32,000 nt of DNA from Nitratidesulfovibrio vulgaris str. Hildenborough (lineage in GTDB: Bacteria > Desulfobacterota > Desulfovibrionia > Desulfovibrionales > Desulfovibrionaceae). Both the position numbers and the translations under genes were made by a program. Shown here in pieces: positions 6,966 through 14,910 of this stretch. The stretch covers positions 2,490,001 through 2,522,000 of the forward strand of contig NC_002937.3 in the NCBI RefSeq assembly GCF_000195755.1, in the 5' to 3' direction. The notes under the pieces were generated by a model. It did no database searches, had not been told where the DNA came from, and saw only the letters and a list, made by a program, of their open reading frames with translations. The first letter of the stretch is position 1. Each line of letters opens with the position of its first letter.

Positions 6966-8357
6966 CTAGCCGATGTCGTATTCCCGCATCTTGCGGTACA
7001 GCGTCTTGCGGCTGATGCCCAGTGCTGTGGCAGCCAGCGAACGGTTGTTATCGTAGAATTCGAGGATACGGGCGATGTGCTCGCGTTCCATGGCTTCAAG
7101 CGACAACGGTCCCTGCGCCTCGCCCATGGCACCGGACGCACCGGGTACACCTGAAACACCGGACTGCCCGCCACCGCCACCCGCAAATCCCGCGAGGTCA
7201 CGCGGTAACGCATGTTCGGTGATGAGGTTGTTCTCGGCGAGGATGATGCTGCGTTCAAGCACGTTGCGCAATTCACGCACGTTGCCGGGCCATGCGTACT
7301 GCATCAGGCACGACATGGCCCTGTCGGATATGCGCAGGTCGTCGCGCCCGTTGCCGAGACGGGCGAGAAAGAACTCCGCCAGCAGGGGAATGTCCTCCTT
7401 GCGCTCACGCAGGGGGGGCATCTCGATATTGAACACGTTGATGCGATGGTACAGGGCCTCGTGGAAGCGTCCAGCCTCGACCTCTCCGGCGAGGGTGCGG
7501 TTGGTGGCGAAGATGAGCCTGATGTCGCAACTGCGGTGGTCCTTCTCTCCCACTCGGCGGTAGGTCTTGTTCTCCAGCACCCGCAACAGCGAAGCCTGCA
7601 CCTCCATGGGCAATTCGCCTATCTCGTCGAGGAACAGCGTTCCCTTGTTGGCGAAGGCCATGAGCCCGTCGCGGCTTTCCAGTGCCCCCGTGAACGAACC
7701 GCGGACATGGCCGAACAGTTCGCTACGGGCCAACTCCTTCTGCAACGTGGCGCAGTTCTTGATGATGAACGGCTTGTCTGCGCGAGTGCCCAGCGACTGG
7801 ATGGCATGGGCCGCCACCTCTTTGCCTGCGCCGCTTTCACCGGTGATGAGGACAGGCACATCGGTCGGTGCCACCTTTTCGATGAGGTAGCGCACCTCCT
7901 TGATCACCTGTGAGTTGCCGATAAGCGTCACACCCGGTCGCCCACGGTCGTGCGCATGACGCAACGCTCTGTTCTCATTGCGCAAAAAAGCCCTTTGATA
8001 GGCACGCTCGACCACCACTTCGAGCTCGGTCAGGTTGAACGGCTTGGTGATGTAGTCGTAGGCACCCAGTTTCATGGCTTCCACAGCATTGTCGATGTTG
8101 CCGTGCCCGGTGATGAGGATGACCTCCATGTCGGGATAGCGCTGGCGCAATTCCACCATGAACTCGATGCCGTCGGCGTCGGGCAGCCGGATGTCCAGCA
8201 CCACCACCTCGTAGGTGGCGCGCCGCAACCGTTCACGCGCCTGCCGGGCACTACCGGCCACATGCACGGCGCGCGCTGGCGTCGACAGTTCCTTTTCCAG
8301 CAACTTGCCGATGGATGGTTCGTCATCCACTGCCAGCACGGAATAACTGGTACGCAC
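6966..8357 (-). CDS. Sigma-54-dependent response regulator (REC + AAA+ + Fis-type HTH; NtrC family)
   Basis: Receiver VLAVDDEP...VVLDIRLPDADG, Walker A GESGAGKE, GAFTGA-type loop GSFTGA and a C-terminal HTH SLAATALGISRKTLYRKM. The start is taken as GTG-8357 (GAGGGAG 8 nt upstream). GTG-8366 overlapping the kinase stop is an alternative. The track ORF extension to 8465 overlaps the kinase gene. Confidence 0.9.
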   Translation of the reverse strand: MRTSYSVLAVDDEPSIGKLLEKELSTPARAVHVAGSARQARERLRRATYEVVVLDIRLPDADGIEFMVELRQRYPDMEVILITGHGNIDNAVEAMKLGAYDYITKPFNLTELEVVVERAYQRAFLRNENRALRHAHDRGRPGVTLIGNSQVIKEVRYLIEKVAPTDVPVLITGESGAGKEVAAHAIQSLGTRADKPFIIKNCATLQKELARSELFGHVRGSFTGALESRDGLMAFANKGTLFLDEIGELPMEVQASLLRVLENKTYRRVGEKDHRSCDIRLIFATNRTLAGEVEAGRFHEALYHRINVFNIEMPPLRERKEDIPLLAEFFLARLGNGRDDLRISDRAMSCLMQYAWPGNVRELRNVLERSIILAENNLITEHALPRDLAGFAGGGGGQSGVSGVPGASGAMGEAQGPLSLEAMEREHIARILEFYDNNRSLAATALGISRKTLYRKMREYDIG

Positions 8358-8362
8358 GTCGG

Positions 8363-9619
8363 TCACTCCCTCGGAAGCGGCAAGGTGACGGTGAACACGG
8401 ACCCTTCGCCCTCTTTGCTTTCCACACTGATGTCGCCGCCGTGTTCCGTGACGATGGTGTAGCACGTCGAAAGCCCGATGCCGATGCCACGCCCCACGGG
8501 CTTGGTGGTGAAGAACGGTTCGAACAGCGAATGGAGATGCTCCTGCGGAATGCCGCTGCCCGTGTCGCGCACCGTGAACCCGGCATGACGCTCGTCCCTG
8601 AAGGGCGCCACCGTGATGACCGCGGTCTTTCCGCCGTGGGCATCAGGCGGGGCGTCATCTCCGGAGTCGCCCGCCGATGGCGCAACCGCCTCCAGTGCAT
8701 CGAGTGCGTTCACCAGCAGGTTCAGCATCACCTGTTTCAACTGCGCCTCGCACCCCAGTATGACGGGTGCCGTGGGGCACAGGCGGGTGTCGATGCGCAC
8801 GTGACGATATTTGGGTTGCTTCAGGTGGTTGTGCAGCAGTTTCAGGGTGTCATCCACCACCACGTTGAGGTTCACAGGCGAGAACGCCGACGAATGGGGC
8901 CTGCTGAAGGTGAGCAGCGAGTGGACTATCTCCTGACAACGGCGACACTCGCCCAGTATGGTGCCCGCATAGTCCGTAAGGTCGGCGTGCAGGTCAGGGT
9001 CGACGGAACCGCGCAACCGTTTGACCCGGCGCAGGATGCCCTCGGCGAAGCCGTTGATGGCTGTCAGCGGGTTGTTGACCTCATGCGCCACCCCTGCGGC
9101 GAGCATACCCACCGTAGCCATCTTCTCGGCCTGATGGAACTTGGCCTGAAACTCCTTCTGGAGCGTCACGTCTCGCTTGAAGATGAGAATCTGCCGGTCG
9201 TGCGTGGCAGGGTCCTTGATGGGCGACGCCACCATCTCGAACTGGAACTTGCGCCCGTTGATGCGAAAATGCGAGGTCTCGCAACAGACCTCCTCGGTGA
9301 CGAACGACCGGTGCGCCGGGCATTCCGGGCAAGGGTGGTCCTGCCCGCGGAATATCTCGTAGCAGAACCGCCCCTCCGGGGCCTTTACCCCGGTCACGTC
9401 GTAGAACACATGGTTCACGGAGATGATGCGCAAATCCTTCGAGAGCATCATCATGAGGTCGGTGATACCGTCGAGGATGGCCTCCTTCTCAAGGCGGCTA
9501 CGTTCGGACTCACGGTGCGCGGCCTTCAGTTGCACGATGCTCTGCCGCAACTCCTGAAAGAAGCCAAGCTTGCTGTGCTCGATGCCGATAAGATCGTCGA
9601 GGCTCGTTTCACGGGTCAT
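8363..9619 (-). CDS. Cytoplasmic PAS-domain sensor histidine kinase
   Basis: No TM segments. PAS domain with a Cys-rich motif, H-box AAGVAHEVNNPL and HATPase N/G boxes (LLVNALDA, DTGSGI, GRGIGIGLS). ATG-9619 is 1 nt after the ADH stop. Confidence 0.9.
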   Translation of the reverse strand: MTRETSLDDLIGIEHSKLGFFQELRQSIVQLKAAHRESERSRLEKEAILDGITDLMMMLSKDLRIISVNHVFYDVTGVKAPEGRFCYEIFRGQDHPCPECPAHRSFVTEEVCCETSHFRINGRKFQFEMVASPIKDPATHDRQILIFKRDVTLQKEFQAKFHQAEKMATVGMLAAGVAHEVNNPLTAINGFAEGILRRVKRLRGSVDPDLHADLTDYAGTILGECRRCQEIVHSLLTFSRPHSSAFSPVNLNVVVDDTLKLLHNHLKQPKYRHVRIDTRLCPTAPVILGCEAQLKQVMLNLLVNALDALEAVAPSAGDSGDDAPPDAHGGKTAVITVAPFRDERHAGFTVRDTGSGIPQEHLHSLFEPFFTTKPVGRGIGIGLSTCYTIVTEHGGDISVESKEGEGSVFTVTLPLPRE

Positions 9620-9620
9620 G

Positions 9621-10763
9621 TCACCACGCCTCTTCGCACAGGGCGAGCAGGTTCTCGCAGGTGGCCTCGCGCGGGTTGGTCACAGTGCAGGCATCATTGA
9701 GCGCCGTCCGGGCGATGGTCTCGAGCACGCCCCTGTCGGGCAGCAGTTGCCCGAGACGCACCGGAACCCCCAGTGCGGAGAAGAACTCGTGCAACCGTTC
9801 GATGCCCGCCCGCGCGATGCACTCGGCACTGGCGACACGCGGCCCGACGACGATGCGCCCGATGGCCGCCAGCTTTTCCACGCTGACCGGAAGATTGAAC
9901 CGCATGACATGCGGCAGCAACACCGGATGCACCAGACCGTGCATCACGTCGAACATGCCGCCAAGCGAATGGGCGAGGGAGTGCCCGATGCCGAGTCCCG
10001 CATTGCTGAACGACATGCCCGCCTCGGTGCTGGCGATGCTGAGTCTCTCCAGCGCGGCAGGGTCGCGCCGTTCGACGGCAGGCATGAGGTTGTCCATGAT
10101 CAGTTCCATGGCACGCAACGCCTGATGGTCGGTGAACGGCGAGGCAAGGCGCGAAAGGTACGATTCGACGGCATGGGCGAAGGCGTCGATGGCGGAGGCG
10201 ATGACGAGTTCCTCGCTCATGGTCATGAGCACCTGCGGGTCGATGATCGATACGTTGGGCACCAGTGACCGGCTGATGATGGACATCTTCAGCCGACGCT
10301 CCACATCAGTGATGATGCAGAATTGCGAGATGTCCGAACCGCTGCCCGCCGTGGTGGGCAGAAAGATCATGGGCGGCAGGGGCCGCATGATGCGGTTGGC
10401 CCCCTCGTAGTCGTTGATGCGCCCACCGTTGCCGACGATGGTGCCGATGCCCTTGGCGGTGTCCATGGGGCTTCCGCCGCCCAGCGCGATGACGACGTCG
10501 GCACGCTCTTCCTGATAGACCCGCGCCCCGTGATGCACCTGATGGTCACGCGGATTGGAGTTGCAGTCGTTGAAATACACCCATTCGAGACCGTCGGCTT
10601 CGAGGATGTCCACGACACGCTCCACCCAGCCGCTGGCCTCCAGCCCCTTGTCGCTGACGAGGAGCACCCGCGCAGCCCCGAGTCTGCGTGCGCAGGGCGC
10701 AAGATGGTTGAGGCTTCCATTACCGAAGATGATCTCGGGAATGGCGAACTTGGTGATACGCAT
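9621..10763 (-). CDS. Iron-containing (group III) alcohol dehydrogenase, 380 aa
   Basis: Fe-ADH family pattern (GGGSPMDTAKG, His-rich metal site HAVESY...HSLAHSLGG..HG). The start is at ATG-10763, preceded by AGGAGGG. The track ORF extension to 10850 lacks an RBS. Confidence 0.9.
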   Translation of the reverse strand: MRITKFAIPEIIFGNGSLNHLAPCARRLGAARVLLVSDKGLEASGWVERVVDILEADGLEWVYFNDCNSNPRDHQVHHGARVYQEERADVVIALGGGSPMDTAKGIGTIVGNGGRINDYEGANRIMRPLPPMIFLPTTAGSGSDISQFCIITDVERRLKMSIISRSLVPNVSIIDPQVLMTMSEELVIASAIDAFAHAVESYLSRLASPFTDHQALRAMELIMDNLMPAVERRDPAALERLSIASTEAGMSFSNAGLGIGHSLAHSLGGMFDVMHGLVHPVLLPHVMRFNLPVSVEKLAAIGRIVVGPRVASAECIARAGIERLHEFFSALGVPVRLGQLLPDRGVLETIARTALNDACTVTNPREATCENLLALCEEAW

Positions 10764-11251
10764 CTGCCCTCCTGCCCGGTCGTTCGTGAAGTGCGTCAGG
10801 GTGCCGGATGCCGTGTGGGGCTGGACAGCCCGGATGTACGCGGTGCCCACGTCCCGGTCTATGCCCCGCCTTGGCCTGCGTGAAACCGTGAAGCAAAAGC
10901 GGAGACCATGGACCCCGTGTCGGCGTCATGAATCTCCGGGATGGTGCCTGCGCCTCGCCGTACCTGTACGCGGATGTACCGCAGCAGCCAAAGGCGTCCT
11001 GCGCTTGCAGGCCCGGTGCAATGCGGTACCGGACGCGCCTTGCCAGATGTCGCCCTATCCCGATGCTCCCGGTGCACCCGGTAGTCTGACCATGGGCCCC
11101 CGGAATCCTCGATACACTCTGGCATCCTGCATATCGAGGATGTCAGGACAGGGGCAACACCACAGACACAGGGGCACATCGGCGACACGGGGTCTCCGGG
11201 CACATGAAGTGCGAAAGGTGGGAGAAAATGCGAACCGTCCCGCGCCTCACC

Positions 11252-12133
11252 CTAGGTGAGCAGATGGCATACGGGAGATGTACGTCCCTCGCTCCCTCCG
11301 CAGACACCTCCCATTCCGGCAAGCCGTCCCGGTCTGACGATCACCAATCCATCCGAACGGGTGACCATGTCGCGGATATAACCACGTCGGGCGAATTCCT
11401 GCAACAGTTGCTGAATATCCCGCCCCTTATCATTGGCGGCAAGGGCGCGGAGACGTTGCAGGTCGATGAGACAGGGGTCGCGCAGGGTCCAGACGACACC
11501 GAGCAGCCACTTGCCCAGTGCATCACGCCCGAGGGCCGCCCTGTCTGCGATGAAGCGCGCTGTTCCCGAAGACAGGCGCAAGGCATCGAAGAACTCGTGC
11601 CCGAAGTCGATACGCAATCCCCCGGAGGCAACGTCATGCACGACAGACGACAACAGCTGCACCTGTGCCGCGAAACGGTCGTCGCCGTATTCCATCCGTG
11701 CCTCATGCAGACGCTTCAGCCGGTTGGCGAAACGCACCGCCCCTGTCCGGCCCCCCATGCCTGCCAGCCGCGCCGCCTCTTCCACATGACAGCGCAGACG
11801 CGACGTACGCGCCCCCTGACGCAGGGCCAACGACACGCAAGCGAGGTAGACATCGAGGTCGCCCTGATCAAGCCATGGGCCCTCACAGGCGACGGCGGCA
11901 GAGGGCACGAGCGGATTGCCCCTTCGGCAGCCCGCCCGTGCACCCCGAAGGTACGTGGCGGCGAAGAGGTCCGAGGCAAGGAACAATGCGGACATGAGGT
12001 CGCCGAAGCTACGTTCGTCGGCTGGATTCCATGCCGCAAGCCCCCCGGTCACGGATGTGCCGAAGGGCCGCGCCAACGGGGTAGAAGCGGCATCATCACC
12101 ATATTCGAGGCCAAAAGAGGACGAATGGAACAT
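11252..12133 (-). CDS. TrfA-like protein (plasmid replication initiator family), 293 aa
   Basis: ATG-12133 is preceded by GGAGGTG. Block-wise resemblance, by eye, to RK2 TrfA: W.P....(MSALF), LDQGDLDVYLACVSLA vs ADDDELVWQQVLEYA, RLKRLHEARMEY vs LSRLQATAMGF, ALGKWLLGVV and a C-terminal L..LRAL....DIQQLLQEFARRGYI. The track ORF 11252..12487 overlaps the upstream gene and is over-extended. Confidence 0.6.
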   Translation of the reverse strand: MFHSSSFGLEYGDDAASTPLARPFGTSVTGGLAAWNPADERSFGDLMSALFLASDLFAATYLRGARAGCRRGNPLVPSAAVACEGPWLDQGDLDVYLACVSLALRQGARTSRLRCHVEEAARLAGMGGRTGAVRFANRLKRLHEARMEYGDDRFAAQVQLLSSVVHDVASGGLRIDFGHEFFDALRLSSGTARFIADRAALGRDALGKWLLGVVWTLRDPCLIDLQRLRALAANDKGRDIQQLLQEFARRGYIRDMVTRSDGLVIVRPGRLAGMGGVCGGSEGRTSPVCHLLT

Positions 12134-12201
12134 GGACACCTCCACTGCCAAATGGGGAGGAGAACCGACGTCCCGCGGCGTGCCGCGCAGCCGGACGCAG
12201 A

Positions 12202-12693
12202 CTAGCTGCGCTTCGCCTGAACAAGCATGGCGGTGAGTGCCCGCAGGTGGGCACGCTCTTCGTCGATGCAGGCATCCACGGCAGCCTTCTCGCTGGCGGG
12301 CACGAGGTTGCGCATCTCGGTGAAGAACAGCAGCGTGTCCTTTTCGAACTGAATGGCCATCTGCAAGGCGGTGGCATGGTCGTCGGCCGCGCCCTTGAGC
12401 GAGGTCAGCGTCCCGGACTGCGTGAACAGGGCGTGCGAATCGAGCAGGGCATGCAGGTATTCGACATACTCTGCGGCGATGCTCCATGCGGGCAGTTCGA
12501 CGGGTCCCACCCTGTCGGCCATGGCACGGAACGTCGCCTCATGCTTGGCCTCTTCGGCGGCGAGGTGCTCGAACAACGCCCGCACTTCGGGATTCGTGGT
12601 CATTGCCACGGCCTGACGGTACACGTCCTGACCGCGCTGTTCGATGCGGATGGCTGCAGCGGTGACATCGGCGGCATTGAAGAACTCGGCCAT
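12202..12693 (-). CDS. Ferritin-like / rubrerythrin-type di-iron four-helix-bundle protein, 163 aa
   Basis: Two E..H metal motifs (EEAKHE, EERAHL) with the upstream Glu residues. ATG-12693 is preceded by GAGGGAGAG. It lies 68 bp upstream of the TrfA-like gene and is co-oriented with it. Confidence 0.8.
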   Translation of the reverse strand: MAEFFNAADVTAAAIRIEQRGQDVYRQAVAMTTNPEVRALFEHLAAEEAKHEATFRAMADRVGPVELPAWSIAAEYVEYLHALLDSHALFTQSGTLTSLKGAADDHATALQMAIQFEKDTLLFFTEMRNLVPASEKAAVDACIDEERAHLRALTAMLVQAKRS

Positions 12694-12950
12694 GGTCTCT
12701 CCCTCGAACCCCGACGCGGCAGACCCGCGCCGGGGGCTTGTGGATTTCACGATTCGTGCTGTGCTGTCGATGCCTGACGGTCCCGGCTGTCGCCATCACT
12801 GGAGTTTACGCTCCGCCCCCGGCATCGCTCCCCGCATGGATGGCATGTTCCCCCGGCTACCCGCCCTGCCCGGCCGGCGTCGATGCCCGCCGCCAGATTA
12901 CGGCGAGCGCCGGATGGCAGACGGCAGCAGGGGACAGCCCTGCATCGCGG

Positions 12951-13838
12951 CTACAACTCGTTGGGCAGTTCCTTCAACTCGGCATAGGAGAACACCGGCC
13001 CGTCGACACACACGTACTTGGTGCCGATGTTGCAACGCCCGCAGATGCCGATGCCGCACTTCATGCGCCGCTCCAGCGTGGTGATGATCTGTTCGTCGGC
13101 GAAATGCAGCTTCTTCAGCGCCTCCACCGTGAACTTGATCATGATGGGGGGGCCGCACAACACGGCCACGCTGTTGGCGTTGGACGGCGCGAGGTCGAGC
13201 AGCACGTGGGGAATCAGCCCCGCCCGGTGCGGCCAGTCGTCCGGTGCCTGGTCCACGGTGAGCGTGGTGTTCATGTCGCTACGGCCAAGCCAGTCCTGCA
13301 CATCGTCGCGGAAGGCCATGTCGCCGGGGGTGCGTGCCCCGTACAGCAGCGTGATGTTGCCGTAGTCGGCGCGGTTGTCCAGCATGTACAGCAGCAGCGT
13401 CCGCAGCGGCGCCATGCCGATGCCACCGCCCACGAACACGATGTCCTTGCCGCGCATGTCCTCGAAGGGGAACCAGTTGCCCAGCGGGGCGCGAACGCCC
13501 ACCTTGTCCCCGGGTTTCAGGCCATGCAGGGCCGCCGTCACCTCGCCAGCGCGCATGATGCTGAACTGGAGATAGTCCATGCGGGTGGGCGGCGAGTTGA
13601 TGACGAAGGTGGATTCGCCAACGCCGAAGAGCGAAAGCTGCCCCACCTGACCGGGGTTGAAACGGAAGGCGTCCATGCGTGCCGCATCGTCGATGCGTAC
13701 GCGCAAGGTCTTGATGGCCGGGGTCTCCTGCACGGTCTCAAGCACCGTGGCCACATCGGGCAGATAGGGGTTGTCGGTGAACCCCGACCCGAGTGTGGTC
13801 ACATGCGCGCCCGCTTCAGGGGTGATGGCGTCAGGCAT
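12951..13838 (-). CDS. flxA: FlxA: FAD/NAD(P)-binding oxidoreductase subunit with a C-terminal 2Fe-2S site
   Basis: Ferredoxin-NADP reductase-like fold motifs (RMDYLQFS, GGGIGMAPL) and the C-terminal CGIGICGRC..C cluster. The start overlaps the flxB stop by 8 nt. It is the last gene of the hdr-flx cluster. Confidence 0.9.
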   Translation of the reverse strand: MPDAITPEAGAHVTTLGSGFTDNPYLPDVATVLETVQETPAIKTLRVRIDDAARMDAFRFNPGQVGQLSLFGVGESTFVINSPPTRMDYLQFSIMRAGEVTAALHGLKPGDKVGVRAPLGNWFPFEDMRGKDIVFVGGGIGMAPLRTLLLYMLDNRADYGNITLLYGARTPGDMAFRDDVQDWLGRSDMNTTLTVDQAPDDWPHRAGLIPHVLLDLAPSNANSVAVLCGPPIMIKFTVEALKKLHFADEQIITTLERRMKCGIGICGRCNIGTKYVCVDGPVFSYAELKELPNEL

Positions 13839-14910
13839 TGGGGGTCTCCTCGCTGGGTTCGGTGGCGCGCACCACCATCTCGCGGATGTCTACGGACACG
13901 GGGCAACCGGTGATGCAGCGGCCGCAGCCGTTGCATGAGACGATGCCCTCGTGCAGGTCGGGATAGTACGAGAACTTGTGGCCCACGCGGTTACGCAGGC
14001 GCAGGGCCTTGCCCATGCGCGGGTTGTGACCGCTGGCCTCACGGGTGAACAGCGACGACATGCAGTTGTCCCAGCTGCGCAGCCGTCTGCCGCGCATGCC
14101 GTCTCCGCCGTCGTTCTCGTCGGTGATGTTGAAGCAGTAGCAGGTGGGGCACAGATAGGTGCATGCCCCGCACGCCAGACACTTGTCGGACATGGCGCGC
14201 CAGAAGCCCGAATCGTCGAAGCGCTCGCGCAGACGCCGGGGGGTGGTCGAGAGGTCGGGGGCGGGATTCTGCGCCTCAAGGGCAGACAGCGTGGCCGTGT
14301 GCACGGCCTCTGCCGCCATCACACGGTCGGCCCCCGCTTCGGGCAGGCTTGCGCCCTCAAGGACTTCCTGACCGCGCGGCGTGACGGCCTGCGCCACGAA
14401 TCCGCCTTCCACAGGGGTCATCAGGATGTCCGACCCCGTGGTATCGGCAGGGCCGCACCCCGTCCAGTGGCAGAAGCAGGTCGAACAGGGCTTGGCACAT
14501 GCCAGCGTGACGACCACCGTGGCGTCCCGCCGCGCCGCGTAGTACGGGTCGCGGTGAGGGCCGTTCAGGTACACCCGGTCGAAGATGTGGAAGCCGCGCG
14601 CGTCGCACGGGCGACCACCGAATATCAGTGCCGGGGGGATGTCCGCCGTGGCGTCGAGACGCACCGTGGTGTGACCGGGGTCGTTGGGGTCTTTCTCGCG
14701 AATGAAGGCGAACAGCCGCTCACTCTGCGGGAAGATGATCCCCTTGGGCGGTACGGTGGCGCGGGCCAGCAAAGGTTCCTCACCCTCCGCACGGGGACGG
14801 AAGACGACGGCGTCGGCCTCCCTGCGGGGCGCATAGGCCACGCGACCGCGGGCCATGAGGTCGAGGGCGCGGGCAAGTTCACCACGCGCGATGTAACGTG
14901 CGAAGCTCAT
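13831..14910 (-). CDS. flxB: FlxB: 4Fe-4S cluster subunit (AsrA-like)
   Basis: CLACGACTYLCPTCYC and CNGCGRCITGCP ferredoxin motifs. ATG-14910 shares a base with the upstream TGA (gTGATG). The track start GTG-14913 is an alternative. Confidence 0.85.
   Translation of the reverse strand: MSFARYIARGELARALDLMARGRVAYAPRREADAVVFRPRAEGEEPLLARATVPPKGIIFPQSERLFAFIREKDPNDPGHTTVRLDATADIPPALIFGGRPCDARGFHIFDRVYLNGPHRDPYYAARRDATVVVTLACAKPCSTCFCHWTGCGPADTTGSDILMTPVEGGFVAQAVTPRGQEVLEGASLPEAGADRVMAAEAVHTATLSALEAQNPAPDLSTTPRRLRERFDDSGFWRAMSDKCLACGACTYLCPTCYCFNITDENDGGDGMRGRRLRSWDNCMSSLFTREASGHNPRMGKALRLRNRVGHKFSYYPDLHEGIVSCNGCGRCITGCPVSVDIREMVVRATEPSEETPNA

Noticed and set aside
8315-9700. 461-aa plus-strand ORF antisense to the PAS histidine kinase
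   Set aside because: The opposite strand has clear H-box and ATPase motifs. This ORF is Arg/His/Gly-rich with no recognisable features.
10785-11031. Three sigma-54-like elements upstream of the ADH-kinase-regulator operon: minus-strand CGGCACCCTGACGCA (about 10792-10806), TGGTCTCCGCTTTTGC (10893-10908) and CGGTACCGCATTGCA (about 11017-11031)
   Set aside because: The GG-to-GC spacing is 9, 11 and 9 nt instead of the invariant 10, so none is a canonical -24/-12 promoter.
11204-12205. 333-aa plus-strand ORF opposite the TrfA-like gene
   Set aside because: Its composition is Arg/Pro/His/Cys/Gln-rich nonsense. The minus-strand frame shows family-level similarity and has a GGAGGTG RBS.
12134-12487. 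N-terminal extension of the TrfA-like ORF (track 11252..12487). The same issue applies to the extensions 16395..16775 (flxCD), 8358..8465 (regulator), 10764..10850 (ADH), 23581..23814 (sodB), 24595..24714 (EF-hand) and 28327..28593 (ygiQ).
   Set aside because: The extensions overlap upstream genes or lack an RBS and have Arg-rich junk composition. Internal starts with good Shine-Dalgarno sequences give proteins of family-typical length.
12738-13913. 391-aa plus-strand ORF antisense to flxA, and similarly 13951..14997 antisense to flxB
   Set aside because: These are GC-rich shadow ORFs. The minus-strand genes carry FAD/NAD and Fe-S motifs and are translationally coupled to their neighbours.
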